Source: Thermomicrobiales bacterium (lineage in GTDB: Bacteria; Chloroflexota; Chloroflexia; Thermomicrobiales; UBA6265). Taken from it: 64,000 bases of DNA. The position numbers and the translations under genes are program-made. The stretch covers positions 168,157 to 232,156 of the forward strand of contig JASGJI010000012.1 in NCBI GenBank assembly GCA_049840815.1. Reading direction: 5' to 3'. A model generated the notes under the pieces. The model was not told the origin of the DNA, did no database searches, and was given only the letters and a program-made list of their open reading frames with translations. Shown in pieces: positions 8,640-20,647 of this stretch; within the stretch, counting starts at the first letter, position 1; each line of letters begins with the position of its first letter.

Positions 8640-10886
8640 TTATCGCGGCGGACGCGGCCCGCGATCACCGCCACCACCCGGGCGCCGATCATCGCGGCGC
8701 GGACCGCGATCGCCACCAGGGCCGCTTCGTGGGCGCTGCTCCGGCTTCGGATCGGGCAACACGCCGGTGATGGCAGCACGACGGGAGAGGCTGACCTTCC
8801 CGTTCGGCGCGACCTCGATCACCACGACCTCGATCTCATCGCCCACATTCACGACATCCTCCACCTTCTCCACGCGCACCGCGGGATCGGCAGAAAGCTC
8901 GGAGATATGGACGAGGCCGTCCTTGCCCGGCAGGATCTCGACGAACGCGCCGAATGGCATGATCGTCACCACCTTGCCGGTGTACTTCTCACCGCGCTCG
9001 ACTTTGACCTCGGTGGTGAGCCCCAGGATCTTCGCCTTGGCGGCCTCGCGGCCCTCGGCGGACGGCGAGGCGATGGTCACGGTGCCATCGTCCTGGATAT
9101 CGATCTTGGAGTTCGTCTCCTCCTGGATCGAGCGGATCATCTTGCCGCCGGGGCCGATGACCGCGCCGATCTTGCCGGAGTCGATCTTCAGGGTTTCGAC
9201 CTTCGGCGCGAAGGCAGAAAGTTCCGCGCGCGGCGCCGAAATCGTCTCCAGCATCTTGCCGAGGATGAACTGGCGACCCGTGTGGGCCTGGCTGAGGGCC
9301 TGGCGCATGATGGCCAGCGTGATGCCCTTGACCTTGATGTCCATCTGGATCGCCGTCACGCCCTCGTCGGTACCGGCGACCTTGAAGTCCATGTCACCCA
9401 GCGCGTCTTCCATGCCCTGGATGTCCGTAAGGACCGTGTAGCGGTCGTTGTCGGCATCGAGCACGAGCCCCATCGCCACACCAGCGACCGGCTTTTCGAT
9501 CGGCACACCGGCATCCATCAGGGCCAGCGTGGAACCGCAAACGCTCGCCATGGACGTGGAGCCGTTCGAGCTCACCACCTCGGAGACGAGGCGCATGGTG
9601 TATGGGAACTCATCCTCGCTCGGCAGCACCGGAACGAGCGCCCGCTCGGCCAGCGCACCGTGCCCGATGTCGCGACGGCTGGCACCGCGCAACGGACGCG
9701 CCTCGCCGACGCTGTATGGCGGGAAGTTGTAGTGGTGGATGTAGCTCTTGTGGTCTTCCGGGCTGATCGAATCCAGCCGCTGCTCCTCGGAGGTGGAGCC
9801 AAGCGTTGCGACCGTCAGCACCTGGGTCTGACCGCGGGTGAAGATCGCGGAACCGTGGGCGCGGGGCAGATAGCCGACCTGCGTCCAGATCGGACGGATC
9901 TGCTCGGTGGTGCGGCCATCCGGGCGAATGCCGTCCTCGAGAATGCCGTTGCGCACCTCGGCCTTCAGCAGGCCCTGGTATGCATCGGAGACCTCGTTGG
10001 TCGTGTACTGGCCAGTCTCTCCGGCAAGCGCGGCGATGGCCTCGGCCTCGAGCCCGCTGGTGGCCTCCAGGCGCACGACCTTGTCCGGGTTGCGGACGGA
10101 CTCACGCAGGCGGTCGCCAAGGAAGGCGGAGACATCAGCGATGAGCTGCTCGTTCTTCTTCGGAGCCTCGAACGTCCACTTCTCGACGTTCACCTGCGCC
10201 GCCAGCTGAAGCTGGAGGTCGACGATCTTGCGAATCTGCTCGTGGGCGAGTTCGATCGCATCGAGCAGGCGATCCTCCGGGATCTGGTTCGCATCGCCCT
10301 CGACCATCATGATCGCATCGGCGGTACCGGCCACGACGAGGTCGAGATCGCTCTCATCGAGCTGGGCGAAGGTAGGGTTGACCACCAGCTCGCCATCGAC
10401 AAGGCCGATGCGAGCGGCGCCGACCGGGCCATCAAACGGGATCGGCGAGATCGTCAGCGCGGCAGAGGCGCCGATGATCGAAAGGATGTCCGGGTCGTTC
10501 TGCTGGTCAGCGGAGAGGACCGTGGTCATCACCTGCACCGGCGCGCGATAGCCCTTCGGGAAGAGCGGGCGGATCGGGCGGTCCGTGAGGCGGGCGGCGA
10601 GGATGGCGGCCTCGGTCGGGCGGCCTTCACGCTTGATGAAGCCACCGGGGATCTTGCCGGCCGCATACATGCGCTCTTCGTAATCAACGGTCAGCGGGAA
10701 GAACGAGAGTTCTTCCTTCGGCTTCCTGTCGCCAACGACCGTGCTGAGCACGATCGAGTTGCCCAGCGTGACGACGACCGCGCCACCCGCCTGCTCGGCG
10801 AGGCGTCCGGTTTCCAGGGTCAGGGTCTCGGCCCCAAGGGCGAGCGAGACAGTCTTGATCTTCTCCAACGCGTAATCGGGAAGCAT
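8640..10886 (-). CDS. pnp: polyribonucleotide nucleotidyltransferase (PNPase) with Arg/Gly-rich C-terminal tail
   Basis: Two RNase PH domains plus KH plus S1 (...GKVVTIMPFGAFVEILPGKDGLVHISEL...). Start ATG 10886 follows GGAGGA. The tail reads RSGPGGDRGPRRDDRRPGGGGDRGPRPPR. Confidence 0.95.
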   Translation of the reverse strand: MLPDYALEKIKTVSLALGAETLTLETGRLAEQAGGAVVVTLGNSIVLSTVVGDRKPKEELSFFPLTVDYEERMYAAGKIPGGFIKREGRPTEAAILAARLTDRPIRPLFPKGYRAPVQVMTTVLSADQQNDPDILSIIGASAALTISPIPFDGPVGAARIGLVDGELVVNPTFAQLDESDLDLVVAGTADAIMMVEGDANQIPEDRLLDAIELAHEQIRKIVDLQLQLAAQVNVEKWTFEAPKKNEQLIADVSAFLGDRLRESVRNPDKVVRLEATSGLEAEAIAALAGETGQYTTNEVSDAYQGLLKAEVRNGILEDGIRPDGRTTEQIRPIWTQVGYLPRAHGSAIFTRGQTQVLTVATLGSTSEEQRLDSISPEDHKSYIHHYNFPPYSVGEARPLRGASRRDIGHGALAERALVPVLPSEDEFPYTMRLVSEVVSSNGSTSMASVCGSTLALMDAGVPIEKPVAGVAMGLVLDADNDRYTVLTDIQGMEDALGDMDFKVAGTDEGVTAIQMDIKVKGITLAIMRQALSQAHTGRQFILGKMLETISAPRAELSAFAPKVETLKIDSGKIGAVIGPGGKMIRSIQEETNSKIDIQDDGTVTIASPSAEGREAAKAKILGLTTEVKVERGEKYTGKVVTIMPFGAFVEILPGKDGLVHISELSADPAVRVEKVEDVVNVGDEIEVVVIEVAPNGKVSLSRRAAITGVLPDPKPEQRPRSGPGGDRGPRRDDRRPGGGGDRGPRPPR

Positions 10887-10971
10887 GCAATCCTCCAGTG
10901 ATTCCGGTGCGGGCATCCTGCCCGGCCGGCGTGCGAACGATGTCGACCAACCGACAGCGCGCGCCCGGCGG

Positions 10972-11026
10972 ATTGAGGAACTGGAGCGGGGCGACCATCA
11001 CGCTCGCGCCGCTCCAATACCTCAAT
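10972..11026 (-). promoter_or_regulatory. long imperfect stem-loop in the rpsO-pnp intergenic region
   Basis: ATTGAGG pairs with CCTCAAT, CTGGAGCGG with CCGCTCCA, and GCGA with TCGC, giving about 20 bp paired. Confidence 0.5.
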
Positions 11027-11232
11027 GCCATCCGGGCCGAACGAAGCGAGTACTCCTTTCCGGACGCTGGGGCAACGCCCCGGCACGAGCGTGACATGCA
11101 AGGAAAAACCCAGGATCATACGATCCCGGGCTCCCCTGGTTCACACGACTGACACAGTCAAACGATCGAAGCGGGCTATCGCGCCTTCGGCACAGATGAC
11201 GTGACTGGCTACGATTCCCACTCGCGCCCGGC

Positions 11233-11502
11233 CTACCGACGCAGGCCATGGCGCGCGATCGTCGCGCGGTACCGCTCGATGTCCTGCTCGCTCAGGTAGG
11301 CCAGCAGCCGACGGCGGCGACCCACGAGCTTCAGCAGCCCACGGCGGGAGTGATGATCGCCGCGATGACGGCGCAGGTGATCGGTCAGACCCGTGATGCG
11401 CTCGGTCAGGAGCGCGATCTGCACCTCAGCCGACCCAGTGTCGGTGTCGTGCAAACGGGTGGCCGCGATGATCTCTTCTTTCTGAGCTGGTTGCAGCGCC
11501 AT
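11233..11502 (-). CDS. rpsO: 30S ribosomal protein S15
   Basis: 89 aa: [70 protein letters not shown]. Confidence 0.95.
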   Translation of the reverse strand: MALQPAQKEEIIAATRLHDTDTGSAEVQIALLTERITGLTDHLRRHRGDHHSRRGLLKLVGRRRRLLAYLSEQDIERYRATIARHGLRR

Positions 11503-11857
11503 GCCGGCGAAGCCTCCTCAAACCGTCGTACGGTCATTCATTCATGCAGCAGGATGAGAAAAACGCCCGTGGCGACGGCGCTTGACATCGGACAGTATAG
11601 CATGCGTTCAAGGTTTCCTGCATGATCGTCATCAGGACATGGCGACATGCCAATAAGAGGGGAGATGAGAGAAGTGAGACCGGAGAAAAGCAGACAAGAG
11701 GAAAAGGGACGAGACGGTACCGGCCTCGCTCCGATCCTCTCTGGGCTCTTTCCCAGCCCCTCACGTCTCTCCCCTCATCCCGGACGGGGTACCATGCACG
11801 CAGTCTTCGCGCATTGCCTCGCGCCCTCGTCCCTATCAGCACCGGAGACCGATATCC

Positions 11858-12731
11858 ATGAGTAAGCTCGGCATCATTGGCGGCAGCGGCCTGTACGACG
11901 TCCCCGGCATCGAGGAGGTCTCCGAGCGGATCGTCTCCACGCCGTGGGGCGATCCCAGTTCGGCCATCGTGGAAGGCACCCTGGGCGGCACCCCGGTCGC
12001 GTTCCTCGCCCGGCATGGACGAGGTCACATCCTGAACCCTTCCGAGGTTCCCTACCCGTGCCAACATCGCCGCGCTGCGCTCGATCGGCGTCACCCATGT
12101 CCTTTCGATCAGCGCCGTCGGCAGCCTGCAGGAACATCTTCCCCCTCGCTCCGCCGTGCTTCCGGATCAGGTCATCGACATGACGCGCCAGCGCGCCCGC
12201 ACCTTCTTCGAGGACGGCATCGTGGCCCACGTCGGTTTGGCCGATCCCTTCTGCCCGGCCTTCCGCGCGTCACTCGCCCCGATCGTGGCCGATGTCGTCC
12301 CGTCCTCCCACGATGGCGGCACCTATGTTTGTATCGAGGGTCCCCAGTTCTCGACACGCGCGGAGTCAAACCTGTACCGCAGCTGGAACGCGCAGATCAT
12401 CGGCATGACCGCCATGCCGGAAGTCCGCCTCGCGAGGGAGGCCGGCCTCTGCTACGCGACCGTCGCCATGGTCACGGACTACGACGTCTGGCACGAGTCC
12501 GAAGACGACGTGACGGTGGACGTCGTGCGACGGGTGATGGCAGACAACATCGCCGCTGGCCGCGAGATCGTGCGCAGGGTCGCCGCAGCAGGACTCGCTG
12601 CCTGCGGTTCCGGCTGCGCCGATGCCCTCGCAGGCGCGGTGATCACGGCGGAAGATGCGCTCTCGGACGCAGCGAAGGAACGGCTCGCGTATTTCGGTGG
12701 CCCGGCCCTCGCCACTCCCCACACGCACTAG
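11858..12731 (+). pseudogene. mtnP: S-methyl-5'-thioadenosine phosphorylase, interrupted by a +1 frame break at about 12055-12057
   Basis: Frame 1 reads [14 protein letters not shown]...[14 protein letters not shown]. The next frame continues [28 protein letters not shown]...[15 protein letters not shown] (track ORF 12156..12731). The span is 874 nt (3n+1), and there is an extra C in TACCCGTG. Confidence 0.85.
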
Positions 12732-12734
12732 CGC

Positions 12735-14039
12735 ATGCGCATCCGCTACCGACCCACCTTCCGCGGCACGGAACTCTCGCTCCTGCTCTACCCGGCCTTG
12801 CTCGCGGTGGTCGGGCTCGTCACGATCGTCGTCGTGCCGCGAACACAACTCGACTGGTCGTGGCGCGACATCTGGGTCAGCCTCGCGTTCGCGGCGGTCG
12901 TGATCGGGATGAGCATCGCCTTCAGCATCCGGGGATTCCGGGGCGATCAGGTCCTGCTTCCGATCACCGCCACGCTTGCGGTAATCGGCTTGCTGATGAT
13001 GCAGCGACTCAATCCGGATCTCGACGAACTGGGCCTCGCCCAGAAGCAACTGGTCTTCCTCGCGGCGGGATCGGCGATTCTCGTTGGCATCGTGATGTTG
13101 GCTGGCCCGCTCAACCTGATCGAGCGGCTCGGACGATACAAGTACACGTTGCTGGTCCTCAGCCTGCTGCTACAAGCCGCCACGTTCGTCGTTGGAACGG
13201 AGGTCTACGGCGCGAAGCTCTGGATTCAGGTCGGTCCGATCCAGATTCAGCCGTCCGAGATCGTGAAGGTGACGCTCGTCATCTTCATGGCGGGCTACCT
13301 GGACCAGAAGCGCGACCTCATCGGCTCAAGCTGGCAGGTCGGGCCGCTCTCCCTGCCGCCAATCCCCTACCTGCTGCCGATGGGCGTCATGTGGGCGGGG
13401 TCGCTCCTCACCCTCGTCGCACTGAACGACCTCGGATCGGCGTTGCTCTTCTTCGGCATCTTCCTCGCCATGCTCTACGCGGCAAGCGGGCGGCCGGTCT
13501 ACGTCGCCATCGGCTTGCTGACCTTCGGCGTTGCCTGTTGGGTCGCCTGGGAGACCTTCTCGCGGATCGGCCTCCGCGTGCAGAACTGGATCAACCCATG
13601 GGCCGATCCCTACGGCGTCGGCTACCAGCAGATCCACTCCGAATACGCACTTGCGAGCGGGGGTATCCTCGGCACCGGGTTCGGACGCGGCCAGCCGACG
13701 CTGATCCCGGAAGTCCATTCCGATTTCATCTTCTCCGCGATCGGGGAGGAGCTGGGGCTGCTCGGCACCCTCACGATCATCGCGCTCTATTTCCTGCTCG
13801 TGATGCGCGGCTTCATGATCGCCCTCCGCGCGCGGGACGGGTTCGCGCAACTGCTCGCCTTCGGCCTCTCCTCGATCCTTGCCATCCAGACGATCATCAT
13901 CATCGGCGGCGTCATTCGCCTCATTCCGCTCACCGGCATCACCCTGCCGTTCATCTCGTATGGAGGAAGCTCGTTGCTGGTCAACTTCGCCATCGTCGGC
14001 TTGCTGCTGCATATCTCCAGCCTGCCCCGGCGGATCTGA
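12735..14039 (+). CDS. rodA: SEDS-family peptidoglycan polymerase (RodA/FtsW)
   Basis: 434-aa, roughly 10-TM ORF with the FtsW/RodA/SpoVE signature ([15 protein letters not shown]). It sits immediately upstream of a class B PBP. Confidence 0.85.
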   Translation: MRIRYRPTFRGTELSLLLYPALLAVVGLVTIVVVPRTQLDWSWRDIWVSLAFAAVVIGMSIAFSIRGFRGDQVLLPITATLAVIGLLMMQRLNPDLDELGLAQKQLVFLAAGSAILVGIVMLAGPLNLIERLGRYKYTLLVLSLLLQAATFVVGTEVYGAKLWIQVGPIQIQPSEIVKVTLVIFMAGYLDQKRDLIGSSWQVGPLSLPPIPYLLPMGVMWAGSLLTLVALNDLGSALLFFGIFLAMLYAASGRPVYVAIGLLTFGVACWVAWETFSRIGLRVQNWINPWADPYGVGYQQIHSEYALASGGILGTGFGRGQPTLIPEVHSDFIFSAIGEELGLLGTLTIIALYFLLVMRGFMIALRARDGFAQLLAFGLSSILAIQTIIIIGGVIRLIPLTGITLPFISYGGSSLLVNFAIVGLLLHISSLPRRI

Positions 14040-14054
14040 GCGAAGGAGCCGACC

Positions 14055-15698
14055 ATGATCTCCCGAATCGTTCGGACGCTTGCCATCCTCGGTGCAGTCA
14101 CCCTGATCGGGTGGGGACTTTTCGCCAGCGACCGCACATCGGATGCGCACTGGCTGGCGATCCTTGGCATTGCCTGGGTCCTGCTGCTGATTGGCACCTA
14201 CGTCCCACTGCCGGACACCCTGCCGACCTTCAACCGCACAACCATCCGGACCGCATTCGCGTTCTCGACAGTCTTCGCGGTGATCGCCGCCCAGCTCGTG
14301 CGCGTGCAGGCAGTCCAGCGTGAGGCGATCTACACCAAGACCGGAATCGCGCCGGACGGCGAACCGTATGCCAACCCCCGCACCGTGAACACAGGACTGG
14401 ACACGCGGCGAGGCCGCATCTTCGACCGCTCCGGCGAGGTGATCGCCGACACGACGGAACGGGACGGAATCTTCTTCCGAAGCTGGCCGAATCCCGTCAC
14501 CGCGTACGTCGCCGGGTTCTACTCCCCACTGATGTATGGCGCAAGCGGGCTGGAAGCGACCTGGAACGACGATCTGAGCGGCTCGGCTGGCCGGAATGCC
14601 GTCGATCGCGCCGTCAACGAGCTCCTCGACCGCTCCGAGGACGGCTTCGACCTCTACCTCACGCTCGACACCGCGCTCCAGCAGCAGGCGACGGACCTCC
14701 TGAGCGGGCGGAAGGGCGCGGTGGTCCTTCTCGACCCTCACACGGGAGAGACCCTTGCCTTCGCGAGCGTGCCGAACTACGACCCCAACCGCCTCTTCTC
14801 CACAACCACCGCCGAGAACGACGGCGTGCGCTCGTACTGGGACGAACTCTCCAAGGATCCGGCCGCGCCGTTCGTGCTCCGCGCGAACCTCGGTCTCTAC
14901 ACACCCGGCTCGACCTTCAAGACCATCACCTCCGCAGCCGCCATCGAAACAGGCACCGCGACGCCAGACACGGTCTATCAGGACAATGGCGAACTGGTGA
15001 TCGACGGGCGCACGTTAGTAGAGAACAACCGCCCCGATCCCTCTCGCACCGAATGGACGCTGGAAGAGGGGGTCGCCTGGTCGCTGAATGTCGTCTTCGC
15101 GCAGGTAGGCCTCCAGCTCGGGGCCAACCGGCTCTGGGACTACGGCACGCGCTTCGGCTTCGAGACGAGTCCGCCATTCGATCTGCCAGTCGCGCAAAGC
15201 CAGATCGCCTCGTCGCGCAGCTTCCTCGATAGCCAGAACGCGCTGGCGGACACGGCGTTCGGACAAGGACAGATCCTCACGACGCCGCTCCAGATGGCCC
15301 TGGTGGCCGCGACCTTCGCGGCAGGGGGCACCGCGCCTACCCCGTATCTCGTATCACGGGTCGCGGACTCCACGAACAAGACCATCCGCACGAATGCGCC
15401 TGGTGCGTGGCAGAAGCCGGTCAGCGCGTCGACTGCCAACCAGGTCGCGGGCATGATGGTGAACGCCGTCCAGAACGGATCGGTGCAGGCGGCGATCACG
15501 GCGGGGTACACCGTCGGTGGCAAGACCGGCACTGCAGAAACCGGCGACGGGTCGATTCATTCGTGGTTCATCGGCTTTATCGGGCAGCAGGATTCCCGGT
15601 ACGCGATCGCCGTGGTGCTGGAGGAGGGGAGCGATTCGCTCGGCACCTCGGTGAACATCGGACAGGCGCTGTTGCAGGGGGCGATGGAACGCACCTGA
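14055..15698 (+). CDS. mrdA: penicillin-binding protein 2 (class B transpeptidase)
   Basis: STFK (PGSTFKTI), SxN (WSLN) and KTG (GGKTGTAE) motifs, plus an N-terminal TM helix. Confidence 0.9.
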   Translation: MISRIVRTLAILGAVTLIGWGLFASDRTSDAHWLAILGIAWVLLLIGTYVPLPDTLPTFNRTTIRTAFAFSTVFAVIAAQLVRVQAVQREAIYTKTGIAPDGEPYANPRTVNTGLDTRRGRIFDRSGEVIADTTERDGIFFRSWPNPVTAYVAGFYSPLMYGASGLEATWNDDLSGSAGRNAVDRAVNELLDRSEDGFDLYLTLDTALQQQATDLLSGRKGAVVLLDPHTGETLAFASVPNYDPNRLFSTTTAENDGVRSYWDELSKDPAAPFVLRANLGLYTPGSTFKTITSAAAIETGTATPDTVYQDNGELVIDGRTLVENNRPDPSRTEWTLEEGVAWSLNVVFAQVGLQLGANRLWDYGTRFGFETSPPFDLPVAQSQIASSRSFLDSQNALADTAFGQGQILTTPLQMALVAATFAAGGTAPTPYLVSRVADSTNKTIRTNAPGAWQKPVSASTANQVAGMMVNAVQNGSVQAAITAGYTVGGKTGTAETGDGSIHSWFIGFIGQQDSRYAIAVVLEEGSDSLGTSVNIGQALLQGAMERT

Positions 15699-15801
15699 CC
15701 GCCCCCTTTCCACGCGGTGAATGCCGGCACCCACCGCCGGAGAACCCCTGTACGTACGCGGGTTTTTACCGAATCCGCCCATGGAAAATTATGCTCAAAA
15801 A

Positions 15802-15810
15802 TGGTAGAAT
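15802..15810 (+). promoter_or_regulatory. extended -10 element TGgTAGAAT; the downstream gene is probably leaderless
   Basis: The -10 ends 5 nt before ATG 15816. There is no SD sequence in between. Confidence 0.45.
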
Positions 15811-15815
15811 GACGT

Positions 15816-16217
15816 ATGGCTCGTGACGCACTTCACATGGCGCGGAGAGCGCGCCACCGGCGATTTCAGACGCTCGTTCAGCGCGTGGCAAACACCCTGC
15901 CCGATCACGTGCAGGCCTTGCTGGACAACGTCGCGATCGTGGTGGCCGACGAGCCATCGAGCGATCAATTGCGTGCATCCGATGGCTCGACGCACGACGA
16001 TCTGTTCGGCCTGTATCAGGGTGTCCCGATGACCGATCGTGGCTCGGGGTATTCGATGGTCCTCCCCGACCGGATCACCATTTTCATGGGGCCGCTCGGC
16101 CGGGCATTCACGAATCAGGCCGACCTGGAAGAGGAAATCCGCATCACCATTCTCCACGAACTGGGGCACCACCTCGGGCTCGACGAGGAGGGACTCGAAG
16201 CGCTAGGGCTCGCGTGA
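15816..16217 (+). CDS. small zincin-like metallopeptidase-family protein (HExxH)
   Basis: 133 aa ending ...EEEIRITILHELGHHLGLDEEGLEALG. Confidence 0.7.
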   Translation: MARDALHMARRARHRRFQTLVQRVANTLPDHVQALLDNVAIVVADEPSSDQLRASDGSTHDDLFGLYQGVPMTDRGSGYSMVLPDRITIFMGPLGRAFTNQADLEEEIRITILHELGHHLGLDEEGLEALGLA

Positions 16218-17275
16218 ACGATCGAACACCCCCCATGCTGCGCCGGTCGTCCCGGTCTATTCCATCGGAGTCGACGGGGGCGCTTGCCACCATTGCCGAT
16301 GGTTTCTCCCTGATTCTCGCTCGCCCATGGCTCATGATTCTCCCGATCGTCATCGATCTCGTGCTCTGGCTCGGCATCCAGATCTCGATCCAGCCGTTCA
16401 CCACGCCGTTCGCCCGCTTGCTGCGGGAAGATGGTGGCGGAAATGGCGAGGAAGCCTCCCGTCAGATGCTCGCGCTCGGCGAGTCCGTGCATCTCAATGA
16501 TCTCGGGGGGCTCTTTATTCCATCGGTCTTCTCCGGTCTGCCGCGTGACAACGCCTTCAACTGGCTGCTGAGCGTGCTCTTCCCTCCCCTCACGGGGGGA
16601 ATCGATCGCGAGACGATGTACAAGGCCTGGGGCGACGGGCTCTTCTCGATGTGGTTTCCGCCACACTGGGTCTCGGTCCTGACGATCGCCCTGGGCTTCC
16701 TGATCCTGGCGAGCCTGCTGCTCATTGCGTTCAGGCTCCCGATCGCACGGCAAGTCCGCTTCTCCTTCGGGGAACCAGCACGGGAGACGGGCATCCACGA
16801 AGCGCCGATGGCGTGGGTGCGCCTGCTCGGCCTCCTCGGGTTGGGGGTCCTGGTGGTCGGTCTGCTGATCGTGCCGCTGGTGATTCTCGCGGTCCTGATG
16901 CTGATCTTCGGGGCGGGATTCGCCTTCCTCATTGCGTTCGGCCTCTTCGGGCTTGGCACGATGGGAGCGATCTATGTCTACTTCGCGCTCGATATCGCGC
17001 TGCTGGACCGCATCGGTCCAATCGCGGCGGTGCGGTCGAGCTTCTGGATGGTGCGTGGACGCTTCGGCGAGTGCGCACGATTCGCCATTGCTTGCGCCGT
17101 GATCCAGACCGGATTGCTACGTGTATGGCACGTTCTCGTGGAGAGTCCGCCGGGTATCGCGGTCGCGATGCTCGTCAACGCCTATATCGGGGCAGGCATC
17201 GTCGCGGCGACGATGCTCTTCATTGCCCGTCGCCCCCAGCGGGCGACACCGCCGCCGCGCCGCGTCCGGCAGTAG
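16214..17275 (+). CDS. polytopic membrane protein, unknown function
   Basis: 353-aa ORF with several hydrophobic helices. Its start overlaps the upstream stop (GTGA), so the two are likely co-translated. Confidence 0.6.
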   Translation: MNDRTPPMLRRSSRSIPSESTGALATIADGFSLILARPWLMILPIVIDLVLWLGIQISIQPFTTPFARLLREDGGGNGEEASRQMLALGESVHLNDLGGLFIPSVFSGLPRDNAFNWLLSVLFPPLTGGIDRETMYKAWGDGLFSMWFPPHWVSVLTIALGFLILASLLLIAFRLPIARQVRFSFGEPARETGIHEAPMAWVRLLGLLGLGVLVVGLLIVPLVILAVLMLIFGAGFAFLIAFGLFGLGTMGAIYVYFALDIALLDRIGPIAAVRSSFWMVRGRFGECARFAIACAVIQTGLLRVWHVLVESPPGIAVAMLVNAYIGAGIVAATMLFIARRPQRATPPPRRVRQ

Positions 17276-17331
17276 CCGGTCCGGCATCCATCACCTGCTT
17301 GCTCCGCAGGCCGCCGATCCCGCTTCGCTGA

Positions 17332-19299
<1,968 letters not shown>

Positions 19300-19389
19300 G
19301 ATTCGACGCGGCGCGGCATGCGCCCATCATCACGCGCTCGATTCAGAACCCGAACCTGGACCGGCGATACCCGCGAGAGGCAGTTCCGC

Positions 19390-20445
19390 ATGGGTGACAC
19401 GAAGAGACGAATCGCCGTCGATGCAATGGGAGGCGACCACGGTCCATCCGTGGTCGTTCCCGGAGCCGTAAACGGAGCCAGGCAGCAGGGAGTCGATCTC
19501 ACGTTCGTCGGCGTACCGGCAGACATCGACGCGGCGCTGAAGGGCGTCGATCGTGGCGATGTCGACATCGCCATCGTCGAGGCAACCGAGACCATTGGCA
19601 TGGACGAACATCCCGCCCAGGCCGTGCGCCGGAAGCGCAAGAACAGCATCAACCTTGCCATTCAAGAGATGTCCGAAGGCCGGGCCGCAGGGATGGTGTC
19701 GGCGGGCAATAGCGGAGCCGTCATGGCCGCTGCCCTGATGCTGGTCGGGCGTATCCCCGGCATCGAACGCCCGGCCATCGCGACGTACGTGCCAACCGCC
19801 AAGCAACGCTCGCTGATCCTCGACCTCGGTGCCGTGACCGATCCGAAGCCCTCCAACATGGTCCAGTTCGCCCGCATGGGACAGGTCTACGCCGAGCGCG
19901 TGCTGGAACTCTCCCACCCCACCGTTGGCCTGCTCAGCAACGGCGAGGAGCCGACGAAGGGGAATCAGCTCGTCCAGCAGGTTTATCCGATGCTGGAAGC
20001 CGCCGAGGACATCAACTTCGTCGGCAATGTCGAGGGCAAGGATGTGGCGATGGGCGCAGTGGACATCGTCGTCACCGATGGCTTCACCGGCAATGTCCTG
20101 CTCAAGACGGCCGAGGGCGTCATCACGATGCTCACGGACACCTTGCGCCGCGAATTCACGGCCACGCTGCCCCGCAAGCTGGCCGCGCTGGTGCTACGGC
20201 CGGCCTTCCGCTCGATGCGAAGCTCGCTCGATTACTCCGTGATCGGCGGCGCGCCGTTGCTCGGCGTGAACGGTGTCGTCATCATCTCCCACGGACGCTC
20301 GAACGAACTCGCCATCGCCAACGCCATCGGCGTTGCGGTCCGGTCGGACGATCACGACCTCGCGGGAGGTATCCGCGAGCGCGTCCAGGCGAGGAAGGCC
20401 CAGGAGCCCGCCGAAACCCCGGCACCCGCACCGACCGAGGCCTGA
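19390..20445 (+). CDS. plsX: phosphate acyltransferase PlsX
   Basis: MGDTKRRIAVDAMGGDHGP...VTDGFTGNVLLKTAEG; the internal ATG of ORF 19318..20445 was chosen. Confidence 0.9.
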   Translation: MGDTKRRIAVDAMGGDHGPSVVVPGAVNGARQQGVDLTFVGVPADIDAALKGVDRGDVDIAIVEATETIGMDEHPAQAVRRKRKNSINLAIQEMSEGRAAGMVSAGNSGAVMAAALMLVGRIPGIERPAIATYVPTAKQRSLILDLGAVTDPKPSNMVQFARMGQVYAERVLELSHPTVGLLSNGEEPTKGNQLVQQVYPMLEAAEDINFVGNVEGKDVAMGAVDIVVTDGFTGNVLLKTAEGVITMLTDTLRREFTATLPRKLAALVLRPAFRSMRSSLDYSVIGGAPLLGVNGVVIISHGRSNELAIANAIGVAVRSDDHDLAGGIRERVQARKAQEPAETPAPAPTEA

Positions 20446-20647
20446 TCGCAGAGACTCCCCCAAACGCGCCACTTCCCGCTCGTCGACGACACCATTTCCT
20501 GTTACCCTCTGCGTCAGGGACACACAACCTGACGACGGCGGCGCTGCATGGTCGTGCCAGTCGAATGGGAACATGGGACGACTCCATCGTCCCCGCGATT
20601 GCACACCACGCGCGAAGTTGCTGCCAGCCGATCACGGAGGCGGAAGC

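Noticed and set aside
8601-10901. 766-codon ORF on the + strand
   Set aside because: It lies exactly antisense to pnp. Its Arg/Gly/Asp-rich nonsense composition is typical of stop-free antisense frames in high-GC DNA, whereas the minus frame has full PNPase motifs.
12040-12070. Programmed ribosomal frameshifting in mtnP (and in the SH3b gene)
   Set aside because: There is no X-XXY-YYZ slippery site, SD-like stimulator or downstream pseudoknot. MtnP is not known to need frameshifting, and the breaks coincide with mononucleotide runs.
11858-14323. 821-codon ORF suggesting a giant fusion protein
   Set aside because: Only the first 66 codons are real (MtnP). The rest is out-of-frame read-through across rodA caused by one extra C at about 12056.
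20446-20647. Possible c-di-AMP (ydaO-type) riboswitch upstream of a cell-wall protein gene
   Set aside because: None of the conserved ydaO blocks I remember (GGGGACCCA, GGGGUGAAUCC, CAGCUAACCUCGUAAGC) can be found on either strand.
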